DNA of 37,487 nucleotides from an uncultured Acidobacteriaceae bacterium (GCA_964245535.1 CAXTNA010000004.1:1-37487); one strand, 5' to 3'; counted from the first letter of the stretch, positions 25,895 through 35,164 are shown. Notes: a model not told the origin generated them from the letters alone. Translations and numbers: made by a program.

Positions 25895-26134
25895 ATGCGC
25901 AACCCACTCGCAAACGTCAACTGGTTCTCGACCAACCTAAGCCTCAAGCTTTTCTCCGTCGGTCTGTTCCTTATCACCGCGGTCGCTCTGTTTGTTCCGA
26001 GCACGCAGCGGTTCCTGCTCGGCGCTGCTTTTTTGTGGAGTGGCTTGCTGGCCATTCAAATTTTCAAACTCGGACCGCTGCCTGACGCCGAACCGGTGGA
26101 CCGGAATCCGACTATTCAACTGCATCTTGAGTAA
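25895..26134 (+). CDS. Small 2-TM hypothetical membrane protein
   Basis: Two hydrophobic helices; an extended -10 (TGcTAGGCT) lies 6 nt before the ATG. Confidence 0.6.
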   Translation: MRNPLANVNWFSTNLSLKLFSVGLFLITAVALFVPSTQRFLLGAAFLWSGLLAIQIFKLGPLPDAEPVDRNPTIQLHLE

Positions 26135-26206
26135 CCGCCTCTAGCCGGTGTACGCAAAGTAGTGGTGGTTTGGCAGCAGGCGTCGGAGAATGCGCTGGCT
26201 TCAGCC

Positions 26207-27853
26207 CTATGCCAATGCCCCCAACTCCACCACGCGCACCGACGTGATCGCGTCCACCGCACGCAACTGCGCGAGTGCATCCGCCAGTGCGGCCTGCGAG
26301 GCACTGGCGACCCCATCCACCTGCACCACGGCCACCGCCCGCATACCCTGCCTGCTTCCTTTCGCGTTTTCGGCAGTAGGTTTGCGCCCCAGCGCAAAGT
26401 TGGCGATGTTCAGTCCCGCTTCACCCAGCAGCGTGCCGACACGCCCAATCACACCGGGCACATCGTTATTGCGCACCACCACCAACGTGCCCGCCAGCTC
26501 AGCCTCGATGTCGATGCCGTCATACCGCATCAGGCGCGGCGAACTGCCGTGCATCACCGTGCCTGTAACGGCCGAATCCCCCGCGGCCGTGTGCGCGATC
26601 AGGCGCAGGGTAGCGCCGGTGCCCCCAGGCACATGTTCGCGTTTGTTCTCATGCAGCCGGATGCCGCGTTCGCTCGCAACGGCCGCGGCGTTGATACGGT
26701 TTACGCCCTCCGACCCCGCCAGCAGCCCGGCAATGGCGGCGTTGCGCACCAGGTCGGTCTTCAACTGCGCCAGACGCCCGTTGAAATTCAGCGTCAAGCT
26801 TTCGACATTGCCTAATCCTTCGGTGCCCATCGCATGCGCGAGAAACTGCCCCAGCCGCGCCGCCATTTCGATATACGGCGACACCTCGGCATATTCTTCT
26901 TCGCTCAACGAAGCAACATTGACCGCATTTTGCACCACACCCAGCTTCAAATAATCGCGCACCTGATGAGCCAGCTGGATGCCGATCGCCTCCTGCGCCT
27001 CATCGGTCGATCCGGCCACGTGCGGGCTCAGCAAAACATTGGGGATCTCAAAATATGGCGAGTTCTTCAGCGGCTCTTCACGAAATACATCTAGCGCAGC
27101 CCCTGCAACCTGGCCGCTTTTGAGCGCCTCTACCAGCGCTTCATCGACAATCAACTCTCCCCGCGCACAATTCACAATGCGCATACCGGGCTTCATGATG
27201 GCGAGCGACATGCGATTGATCAAGCCCTCGGTCTGCGGCGTCAGGCCCACATGCAGGGAAAGATAATCACTTTCGCCGAAAATTTCTTCAATGGGCACCA
27301 GGGTCACATCGTTTTCGCGCGCAATCATTGGGGCGACAAAAGGGTCATACCCAAGCAGCGTCATGCCAAAGGCCCGAGCACGCCGTGCAACCTCGAGCCC
27401 AATGCGTCCTAGGCCCACAATGCCCAGCGTTTTGCCGCGCAACTCCGTACCCTGCAGGGTCTTTTTATCCCACTTGCCTTCGTGCATGCCGGCATTTGCA
27501 CGCGGGATGGCCCGTGCCATGGCAATCATCAGCCCAAGCGTCAACTCGGCCACAGCGACGGCGTTTGCGCCGGGCGTGTTCATCACGACGATGCCGCGCC
27601 GCGTTGCTTCCACCGTATCGATGTTGTCCACGCCAACACCGGCACGGCCGATCAGCCGAAGCTTCGGAGCCTGTGCCAGCAATGCGGCATCGGCCTGCAC
27701 GGCGGATCGCACGATAAGCGCATCGGCATCGGCCAACGCTGCGGGCAAACCGCCCATGGGTATTTGGTCGGCTGTGACGACCTCCCATCCAGGCTCCCCC
27801 TTTAGAAGGGCGAGCGTGGCGGGCGAGACTTTCTCAGCAAGGACGATCTTCAC
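26207..27853 (-). CDS. serA: D-3-phosphoglycerate dehydrogenase (ASB and ACT domains)
   Basis: IGRAGVGVDNID, VMNTPGAN, GIVGLGRIG, NCARGELI, AALDVF..EP, PHVAGST.EAQ, and a C-terminal ACT domain (NNDVPGVIG). GTG start 27853 with SD GGAG. Confidence 0.96.
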   Translation of the reverse strand: MKIVLAEKVSPATLALLKGEPGWEVVTADQIPMGGLPAALADADALIVRSAVQADAALLAQAPKLRLIGRAGVGVDNIDTVEATRRGIVVMNTPGANAVAVAELTLGLMIAMARAIPRANAGMHEGKWDKKTLQGTELRGKTLGIVGLGRIGLEVARRARAFGMTLLGYDPFVAPMIARENDVTLVPIEEIFGESDYLSLHVGLTPQTEGLINRMSLAIMKPGMRIVNCARGELIVDEALVEALKSGQVAGAALDVFREEPLKNSPYFEIPNVLLSPHVAGSTDEAQEAIGIQLAHQVRDYLKLGVVQNAVNVASLSEEEYAEVSPYIEMAARLGQFLAHAMGTEGLGNVESLTLNFNGRLAQLKTDLVRNAAIAGLLAGSEGVNRINAAAVASERGIRLHENKREHVPGGTGATLRLIAHTAAGDSAVTGTVMHGSSPRLMRYDGIDIEAELAGTLVVVRNNDVPGVIGRVGTLLGEAGLNIANFALGRKPTAENAKGSRQGMRAVAVVQVDGVASASQAALADALAQLRAVDAITSVRVVELGALA

Positions 27854-27941
27854 AGCGAACTCCAGGCGCAAGCATGCGGACATTCAGTGTAGCCGCAGGT
27901 GCTTCCTGTAGCTTCAGGCGCTGTCTTTTCCCCGTTCATGC

Positions 27942-28577
27942 TTAGGGGTATAGCCGTTGCTTATGCCAGCCGCTTTCTTCGCAGGTGAAAACGAAGCGGT
28001 CGTGCAAGCGGTCGGGCCCATCAATCCAGAACTCGATCTCCTGAACATGCAACAGGTACCCCCGCCAAAAGGATGGGCGTGGCACCTCGCCTTCCGGGTG
28101 CTCGGCAGTGAAGGCGGCAACCTCGCTTTCAAGCACCTCACGGCTCGCCAAGGGCCGGCTTTGCGCAGAAACCGCGGCCCCGATCTGGCTCCGGCGCGAC
28201 CGGCTATGGAAGTAGGTGTTGGTCTCTTCACCCCGCAATTCACTCACCGGACCGGACACCCGCACCTGCCGCCGCAGCGACTTCCAATGCATGCAAAGCG
28301 CCGCATGCGGGTTCTCGCCCAGATCGTTCCCTTTCCGGCTTTCCGCATTCGTGAAGAAGCGGAAGCCGTGCGCATCCACGCCCTTCACCAGCACCATGCG
28401 CACACTGGGGATGCCCCCTGGAGTTGCGGTCGCCAGTGCGGCTGCGTTCGGATCGTTGGGCTCGCTATGTTCGGCTTCGTTCATCCAGCGTTGAAAAAGT
28501 ACGAAGGGGTCGTCGCCTTGCAGTTCGGGTCGTTCTTCCATATAGGTCTTGATGTTGCCGGTGAGTTCCGCGCCCAA
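27942..28577 (-). CDS. pdxH: Pyridoxine/pyridoxamine 5'-phosphate oxidase
   Basis: RMVLVK, FFTNAESRKG, RQVRVSG, YFHSRSRRSQIGA..S.QS, EFW.DGPDRLHDR, RLYP. Confidence 0.96.
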   Translation of the reverse strand: MGAELTGNIKTYMEERPELQGDDPFVLFQRWMNEAEHSEPNDPNAAALATATPGGIPSVRMVLVKGVDAHGFRFFTNAESRKGNDLGENPHAALCMHWKSLRRQVRVSGPVSELRGEETNTYFHSRSRRSQIGAAVSAQSRPLASREVLESEVAAFTAEHPEGEVPRPSFWRGYLLHVQEIEFWIDGPDRLHDRFVFTCEESGWHKQRLYP

Positions 28578-28589
28578 GGCGGACGATAC

Positions 28590-28612
28590 CCGTTTTGCTT
28601 ATAGCAAAACGG
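28590..28612. promoter_or_regulatory. Perfect inverted repeat in the pdxH promoter (putative operator)
   Basis: CCGTTTTGCT-TAT-AGCAAAACGG, directly upstream of a minus-strand -10-like TATCGT (28583-28588). Confidence 0.45.
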
Positions 28613-28682
28613 CCTTTGCCGCAGGATCGCAGAAGAGCGGAGCTTCTCGCCCCGGCAACGAGCACCCTACACCCAGTCTGCT

Positions 28683-29714
28683 TTAACGTCCGCCAGACCC
28701 GCCAGAGTTTGCGGCCGGCGCCGCCACCGGCACAGGCGCCACATAGGGCGGGGGCGGCTGCACGCCGGCTACCTTCAATGCCTGATCGATAATGCCAAAC
28801 AGGAAGGCAGGCGAAACCGCACCGTCGATCTTGTCGCCATTGATGAACAACACCGGCGTTGAAGTCAGTTCGAGCTTGGAGGCCTGCTCGCGCGACGCTT
28901 TCACGGCCGTCGCATCCTGCTTTGCAAGGCAAGCGTTCAACTGCGTCATATCGATCTTGCGCCCTTGCGCCTGATCGCGGGTAATCGCATCAAGTTGCTC
29001 GCTGGCACGGGCGAGGGTCTTCTCGGCCTTGGCATCCTTCGGATCGGCTCCGATCTCCCCGGCATGCGCGTGCACGTAATCCACCGCAGACCAGTAAGCA
29101 GGAGCGGACTGCGCGCCCAAGCAATTCACATCCACCGCCGCGCGCAGCGCCCAGGGATGGATCTCTTCAAGCGGATAGTCTTTATACACAAAGCGGACCT
29201 TGTCGCCATAGCGCTCGGTCAGCGCCGGAAAAACAGCCGCATGCAAACGAGCGCAGTAGGGGCACTCCAGATCATCGAAGCCGACAATCTCCACGGGTGC
29301 GGTTTCCGGTCCGCCGCGCGCGGGACGACCGGCACCGGAAACCAGCGTTTTGGGGTCGGCGGAGATGTCAAACTTGCTCAGCTGTGCCAATGTTTTGCCG
29401 TCGCGCGAAAGCAGAAACAGGATCGGCCGCGAGGTGCGGCCCTCGTTGACCACCGTTACGGTAACGGTGTCATAGCCGGCAAACTCCGAGGGCGTGCGCC
29501 CGCCGACATTGACGGCCGACTCCGGCGGCAGGTTCGCCTTTTGCCGCAATGTCACCTCAACGCGTCGCGCGAGTTCCGGGGAAAGCGGTGTTCCCGTCGG
29601 CACTGCAACAGCAGCGGCTGATCCGGTACCGGGCGCGGGCTGCTGTGCATGGCAACCGAACGGCGTGAGAGCGGAGGCGAGGAGAATGAGCGAGGCAAAA
29701 CGCGTGAAAACCAC
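28683..29714 (-). CDS. DsbA-family thioredoxin-fold protein, exported
   Basis: GPETAPVEIVGFDDLECPYC, FVYKDYPL..IHPWA, cis-Pro motif STPVLFING. GTG 29714 chosen as start, 6 nt after TGcGATAAT. Confidence 0.9.
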   Translation of the reverse strand: MVFTRFASLILLASALTPFGCHAQQPAPGTGSAAAVAVPTGTPLSPELARRVEVTLRQKANLPPESAVNVGGRTPSEFAGYDTVTVTVVNEGRTSRPILFLLSRDGKTLAQLSKFDISADPKTLVSGAGRPARGGPETAPVEIVGFDDLECPYCARLHAAVFPALTERYGDKVRFVYKDYPLEEIHPWALRAAVDVNCLGAQSAPAYWSAVDYVHAHAGEIGADPKDAKAEKTLARASEQLDAITRDQAQGRKIDMTQLNACLAKQDATAVKASREQASKLELTSTPVLFINGDKIDGAVSPAFLFGIIDQALKVAGVQPPPPYVAPVPVAAPAANSGGSGGR

Positions 29715-29722
29715 AGAGCTAT

Positions 29723-29752
29723 TATCGCAGAGCCACATATCGCAGAGCCACA
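29723..29752. repeat. Perfect 15-bp tandem duplication in the dsbA/antitoxin divergent promoter region
   Basis: TATCGCAGAGCCACA x2. Confidence 0.9.
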
Positions 29753-29800
29753 CATTGGCCGGATGTTGTCCGCTGCAAACTCAGGCTATGATTGCATGGT

Positions 29801-30082
29801 ATGGCCAACGTACACATTTCCGAGGCGGAAGCTGTTCGTGACTTTGCTGGGGTTCTAGCCCGTGTTCGCGCCGGCGAGGAGATTGTGATCGATCACAACA
29901 ATGCAGCAGCTGTTGTGGTGCGGTCAGCCGAACTGCCGCGGCGATCGATCGAGGACTCGATTGCGCGAGCCGAAGCTTACTCCCGCGAGTTGGGTTATTC
30001 GCCCGTTATGGATACCGAGTTTGCCGCAGATCTGGAAGAAGTCCTCAAAAGTCGCAAACCTCGCGTTTCGGCCTGGGACTAG
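29801..30082 (+). CDS. Phd/YefM-family antitoxin
   Basis: HISEAEAVRDFAGVLARVRAGEEIVI; immediately upstream of a PIN-domain gene. Confidence 0.85.
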   Translation: MANVHISEAEAVRDFAGVLARVRAGEEIVIDHNNAAAVVVRSAELPRRSIEDSIARAEAYSRELGYSPVMDTEFAADLEEVLKSRKPRVSAWD

Positions 30083-30085
30083 TCC

Positions 30086-30503
30086 TTGGATTTCATTGTC
30101 GACACCTCTGTATTGATCACGAGCGAGCGTAGGGGTGAAGCGGTTGAGGATCTGTTGCGCCGCACCCGTTTACTACTATGGGGTAGTAGATATTGCTCTC
30201 TCAGCCGTTAGCGTCACCGAGCTCACGCACGGCGTCTATCGAGCCCGATCTGATGTTGATCGTGCCAGGCGAGAGTTCTTTACGAAAGCTGTATTTCGCA
30301 GCCTGATCGTGCATCCCCTTACATTTGAGATAGCTCAGATCGCAGGCCGCATCGAAGGCGAGCAGGCTGCAGTAGGTAATGTGATCCCGTTCGAGGACCT
30401 CATCATCGGCACAACGGCTTTGCACCTTGGGTATCATCTGCTCACTTTCAATCTTCGACATTTTCAGCGCGTTCCGGGTTTGACAGTGATTGCTGCATTG
30501 TAA
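30086..30503 (+). pseudogene. vapC: VapC/PIN-domain toxin split by a frameshift
   Basis: The frame from TTG 30086 gives MDFIVDTSVLITSERRGE... (stop 30209-30211). The +1 frame holds the rest: ALSAVSVTELTHG...EDLIIGTTAL...LLTFNLRHFQRVPGL. The junction is near CGTTTACTAC at ~30167-30176. Confidence 0.8.
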
Positions 30504-30554
30504 AAATCTGAAAGCGGTTTGCTGTCCCTGCAAACATGCATCTCGACAGCTCCA

Positions 30555-33308
30555 TCAAAACAGCCGTTCCGCCCGCCGGATGTTTCCCGCGCTGCCGATG
30601 TTGGCCAGCGTGAAATTGAAGCGGTAGGAGTTCTCGTTACGCACGGTGCCGAGATTGAATTTGCGGTATTCCACCGCCAGCCCGCAGCAGTTCCAGTTGT
30701 AGCTGGTCTGCAGCGCCCCATACTGCACCGTTCCCTGCAGGGCATCGAGTCCCACATTCGCCGCCGTCGAAAGCCCGGGACGCGAGGGCACACCATACCC
30801 GAGCAGCACGCGTAGCTGCGAGAAGTTCGACACCGGCGAGGTGACCAGCGAGGCATTCGCGTTGGTATCCAGCACCTCGGTCGCGAAGCGCCCCGGGGCG
30901 TTCAGCCGCGCGTAAGACAAGCCGCCGAAGATCGGTCCCTCATGCGCGTCCAAAAACACATTGGAACTGGTGAACTTCCCTGCACCCGTATCAAGATCGA
31001 AGTCCCATTCCACATCCGTGTGCCCGGAGGTGCGCACCCGCAGGCGAGAGATCAGCGGCGAGATGTTGCGCGGCTCGGTAAGGAAGGCAATGCCCGAAAG
31101 CGACAGCGTCGATTCGAAGAGGTTGCGACGACCGGTCAGCACGGCGTGGCCGAAGGTTGGATCGAAGAAGTACCGCTGGGTCAGCCGCCAGCTCAGCAAG
31201 GGCTGCTGTGCCGTGGGCGTGGCGGAGGTGCAGCGCTGGGCGTGGCGTGCATGCGTTTGCAACGGGGTATCCGGCGCAGCGGCTGAGGCTAGCGGGATGC
31301 CATTCGCGTCAGTGGAGTCGGCCGGCCCGGGAGTGAGGACATCGGGCACGGGCTCCTCCGCCGCTGTAGCGGCACTTTCCGTGGCACCACCGGCGACGGT
31401 CGGCCCAACGCCTTCCGGTTCAGCACCCTGCGTGCCCGCTCTTTGCTCAACCGTGGGGCATCCCAGTGGAATAAGCGCCGGTTTCGAGGGCTTTGGCCGG
31501 AAATACAAATGCTGTGTCAACCCATATTCCAGCTGATCCGTATCGCTTACCAGATCGTTCTCGTCGAACCGGAGGACATTGAGGAAGTTATTGACCCCGC
31601 GTACTTCGCGGTAGGTCATTTCGGGCTCGATCGTGTGGCGCACCTCGGTGCCGAACAAAGCCTGTAGCCGCGCCGGCACGGCGAAACTGCGCTGAAGCGC
31701 CGGGGGCCGGATCGCCGCTTCCAGCTCAACATCCGCGCGGTTCAACGATTGCGACAGTTCGGTAGGGGGCGTTCCTGGAATTGCCTGCACGCTGCGCGAC
31801 CGCGAATACACCGTTTCCCGCGCGGCGATGCTCGCGCGCAGACTCCAGCCGTCAAAGTGCAGCGGCAGGCTGAGCTCGGGCCGCAAATCGAAGCGCTCTG
31901 TGATGCCGGAGCTCGTGAAGTTCGGCTGCGCCCGCTTCAACCCCGCGGCGGAAGCGTTCAGCGTCCAACGGAAGGGCGTGCCGGCCAACGGCCGATCCAC
32001 GCCGTCGAGGTCCAGCGAGGGTACATGCAGAATGTGCACCTGCTGCCCGGGAGTGGCGTTGATCGCCACCCGTTTCAGCCCCTGGTAGCGGTCCACGCGG
32101 CCATCCGCCGACCAGCCGTCGCTTTGGTGCGTGATGAAGGCGAGGGAGGTAATATCCGACGACACGGCCTGGTTGAAGTTCTCCGTAAAAGCTTCGCGAA
32201 AGGCGTAGGAGCTCAGATACTCCCCATCGCCCACCAGACGCGTGTTGGGTGTAAGCTGCCGGCGAAAGGCCGCCGAAAGGTCTTCACCACCCTGGTTGAC
32301 ATAAACGCCGTTATTGGCTGTGTAGCCGCGGTCCTGCAGCGCAGATATATGCCCCGTGATGAAATCCAGCCCAGCCCCGCGATAGCGAAACGTGCCGGAT
32401 TCCGAATAGCCGCGAAGCGAGTAATAAATCAGCCCGGCTGCCAGGTCCGCCGACCGGCCCAGTGCAAAATAGGCCTGCTCGCCGATCGTGATGCCCTTTG
32501 TGCTCGAATCGCCCAGCACCGGAATCAACAGACCGGACTCGCGTTGCCCGGCCGTTACCGGTGCGGTCAGGTAGGGCAGAAACAGAACGGGCGCTCCCAG
32601 CAGGCGAAAGGTCGAGTAAGTCGCATGCACGCGGCCGTTATCTACAGCCAACCGTTGGGAGGTAAATAGCCAGTCGGGTCGCGGCAACAGGCACGAGGTC
32701 ACCGTTCCATCGACGATTGTGTACTGGCTCGGGCCGGTCTTTTCCACAATGCGTCCCGCAAACAGGAACGGATTGCTGCTTTCAAGACCCATGCGCGCAG
32801 CTCCTGTCCCCGCCGCCCCACTTTGCGCATTGTGCAATCCCACGGAGCCAGTGGCGTCGAAGAAGCGTCCGGTGCCGGTACGCAGGTTATAGGTTCCGTG
32901 TGAGGCTTCGATATATTCGTCATTGTCCCCGCCGGTCAAGCGCAGATGGCCGGTCGCGGTTACCTCCTGCGTTTCCCGATTCAGCTCCATGGAATCGGCA
33001 CGGATTTCGTGGTTGCGAAAATGGATCTCGACGTCGCCGGAGAGCAAATCCAGCGACCCATGCTGCGAAAGAAGATCGCTATCCTCGGAAATGTGTTCGG
33101 CGTTGGGTGGGGGAAGTGGAACGGCAAAGGGAACGGTGCTTAAATCAGGAAACGCACTATGTTTCTCGCCGAAATTCTGGGACGGAGCTCCGCCTGTGAG
33201 CGGCGGGGGTGTCGGCGTCGTTACTCCCTGTGCAACTAGTGGTGGATGCGTTGCGAGAATGGGGATGGTACTTATGAACCACAGGAGAAATCGGATTCGT
33301 CGGGTCAA
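30555..33308 (-). CDS. lptD: LPS-assembly outer-membrane protein LptD
   Basis: OstA-like N-domain (LSGDVEIHF...IRADSMELN...VTATGHL), GTVTSC...PDW, PVLFLPY, RESGLLIP, HTIEPE, YNWNCCG, and C-terminal FTLANIGS.G. A signal-peptide-like start at TTG 33308 is inferred. Confidence 0.9.
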   Translation of the reverse strand: MTRRIRFLLWFISTIPILATHPPLVAQGVTTPTPPPLTGGAPSQNFGEKHSAFPDLSTVPFAVPLPPPNAEHISEDSDLLSQHGSLDLLSGDVEIHFRNHEIRADSMELNRETQEVTATGHLRLTGGDNDEYIEASHGTYNLRTGTGRFFDATGSVGLHNAQSGAAGTGAARMGLESSNPFLFAGRIVEKTGPSQYTIVDGTVTSCLLPRPDWLFTSQRLAVDNGRVHATYSTFRLLGAPVLFLPYLTAPVTAGQRESGLLIPVLGDSSTKGITIGEQAYFALGRSADLAAGLIYYSLRGYSESGTFRYRGAGLDFITGHISALQDRGYTANNGVYVNQGGEDLSAAFRRQLTPNTRLVGDGEYLSSYAFREAFTENFNQAVSSDITSLAFITHQSDGWSADGRVDRYQGLKRVAINATPGQQVHILHVPSLDLDGVDRPLAGTPFRWTLNASAAGLKRAQPNFTSSGITERFDLRPELSLPLHFDGWSLRASIAARETVYSRSRSVQAIPGTPPTELSQSLNRADVELEAAIRPPALQRSFAVPARLQALFGTEVRHTIEPEMTYREVRGVNNFLNVLRFDENDLVSDTDQLEYGLTQHLYFRPKPSKPALIPLGCPTVEQRAGTQGAEPEGVGPTVAGGATESAATAAEEPVPDVLTPGPADSTDANGIPLASAAAPDTPLQTHARHAQRCTSATPTAQQPLLSWRLTQRYFFDPTFGHAVLTGRRNLFESTLSLSGIAFLTEPRNISPLISRLRVRTSGHTDVEWDFDLDTGAGKFTSSNVFLDAHEGPIFGGLSYARLNAPGRFATEVLDTNANASLVTSPVSNFSQLRVLLGYGVPSRPGLSTAANVGLDALQGTVQYGALQTSYNWNCCGLAVEYRKFNLGTVRNENSYRFNFTLANIGSAGNIRRAERLF

Positions 33309-33510
33309 TTGACTCAGACGAATCGGACGGGTGCTGGACGGCGGCCGCTTGCAGGGGAAATCCCTTCGCAGGTTTGAGTAGATGGGTACGCCGCCGTTCA
33401 AGAATCTAAGCACAGATGCAAGCTTAGACGAAGCAGACCTGCGGAGCACTTCCGCCGGGTTGCCGGCTGGGAGACTGCAGCAGCGGTACGCAAAGGAGTG
33501 TTGGGTGAGC

Positions 33511-35025
33511 ATGAGTGTTGCCGTGGAGATGGAAGAGCAGGAAACAGTCGCCTGGCAGGCGACCGGAACCGACGGTGCAGCGAACCTGAAGCAGGTCGCG
33601 GCCGAGCGGCTGGCGGCGCACCGCCACCGTCGCGCGTCTGTGGCTGCCCGGGAAGCGGAGCAGGAAACCCGCAGCCGGCAGCTGCGCGAAGCCGCGCGCC
33701 AGGCCCAGCGCGACGACCAGCGCCGCGGCGCTTCCGCCGTGCGCGACACTGTGAAAGCCCGCTATGAACGCCGCGAAAGCTACCGCGAGTTCCTGGCCGC
33801 TGAGGCCGAGCGCGCCATCGAACAGGCGCAGGCCGAAGCCGACGTCGCAGCCAGGAGCGCCCGCGCCGTGACCGAAGCGCAGATGCAGCTGCTCGAAGAG
33901 CTGGAACAGCTGAACCGGCCTGACCCCGGCCCGCGCGAGGTCGCCTTTGCGCACATGGCGGCGGAGGCGCGTGGCGAGTTGGCTCATGCGCTAGCCGACA
34001 TCGTCCTCGGCGCCAAGGAGCTCATGGCCGAGCCGTCGCTGCGGGTGGTCGAAAGCGCCGCTCCACCGGAGGCGTCCTATCCGCTCCCGGAGCCGGAAGC
34101 GGCCCTGCGTGAAGTCTCGTCCGGCGGTCTCACCGTTCGTCTCTTTGAGGACATGCCGACGGCTCCGCCGCGCCTCACCGAACTCAACGCTCACCATGGC
34201 GCCCACCATGGCACCCAGACCGGCAGCTCGGCACGCTTTATCGACTTTGCCGACGCCGAAGTGGCTGACACGCTCCATGCCCTCGAGCAAGAAATCGACT
34301 TCCGCCGCGACCCCGACTTTCCGGAGACGGTCGCTGTCGAAACGCGTGGTATTCCGGGCAATTTGCTTGAATTTCCCCGCGAGCTGGTCGCACCCCGCCG
34401 TGCCCGGCCGCGTTTGGCCGAAGGCCCCCTGCGTGGGGAAGGCGAGCCGCAACTGCGCATCTTTGAGGTCGATGCGCTCCAGGACGATCCGGAGCCGGAA
34501 GCCATCGATGTGCAGATTGTCCCCGAATGGCAAAGCATGATGCTGGAAAGCGCCACGGTCGAAGAGGTACTGCCCCCGGTGCAGGCGCAATTGCAGATTA
34601 CCGTTCCGCCACAGACCGCGCCGCTCGAGCGCCGCTTCATGTCGGCGACGGTCGATGCCTCGCTGATTGTTGCGGGCTGGTTCTGCGCCCTGGGCGTGGT
34701 GGCCGAAATCTGCGGCCCTGCCCTGCGCTCGCTTTCCTTGCCGATGCTAGGAGGCTCCGCACTCGCCTCGCTGGGCTTGTGCGCTGTGCTCTTCCAGGTG
34801 CTGTTCTTTTCGCTTTCCGAAAGCACACCGGGCATGCGTTGGGCGCGCATCGGGCTATGCACGTTCGGCGACGGCAACCCCAGCCGCCGCGCGATGCGCC
34901 GTCGCATCTTTTCCACGTTGCTGGCGACCTGCCCGCTTGGGCTCGGGCTTGCCTGGGTGTGGATGGACGACGACCGCATGGGATGGCATGACCGCATGAG
35001 CCGCATGTACCAACGCGCGTATTAA
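33511..35025 (+). CDS. RDD-family membrane protein with a long N-terminal extension
   Basis: C-terminal RDD motifs APLERRFMSATVD, TPGMRWARI, GWHDRMSR. N-terminal helical/coiled-coil and acidic region. Confidence 0.85.
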   Translation: MSVAVEMEEQETVAWQATGTDGAANLKQVAAERLAAHRHRRASVAAREAEQETRSRQLREAARQAQRDDQRRGASAVRDTVKARYERRESYREFLAAEAERAIEQAQAEADVAARSARAVTEAQMQLLEELEQLNRPDPGPREVAFAHMAAEARGELAHALADIVLGAKELMAEPSLRVVESAAPPEASYPLPEPEAALREVSSGGLTVRLFEDMPTAPPRLTELNAHHGAHHGTQTGSSARFIDFADAEVADTLHALEQEIDFRRDPDFPETVAVETRGIPGNLLEFPRELVAPRRARPRLAEGPLRGEGEPQLRIFEVDALQDDPEPEAIDVQIVPEWQSMMLESATVEEVLPPVQAQLQITVPPQTAPLERRFMSATVDASLIVAGWFCALGVVAEICGPALRSLSLPMLGGSALASLGLCAVLFQVLFFSLSESTPGMRWARIGLCTFGDGNPSRRAMRRRIFSTLLATCPLGLGLAWVWMDDDRMGWHDRMSRMYQRAY

Positions 35026-35077
35026 ACGATCGCCCTGCGCAGGATTCAACCCTCCGCGCAAATGCAAAGGAATCGCC

Positions 35078-35108
35078 GCAGGCCTTCACAGGACCAACGA
35101 AGGCCTGC
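35078..35108. terminator. Hairpin downstream of the RDD gene (possible terminator or processing site)
   Basis: GCAGGCCTTC-11 nt-GAAGGCCTGC perfect 10-bp stem; no U tail on the plus strand. Confidence 0.4.
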
Positions 35109-35164
35109 AAACGAACCATCTTCCCTGCTTCTCCCTACGATAAAATAGCGAGGGAGAGTACGCG

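Noticed and set aside
33309-33749. N-terminal extension of the lptD ORF (1064-aa call)
   Set aside because: Overlaps the divergent RDD gene; a plausible signal peptide begins only at ~33308.
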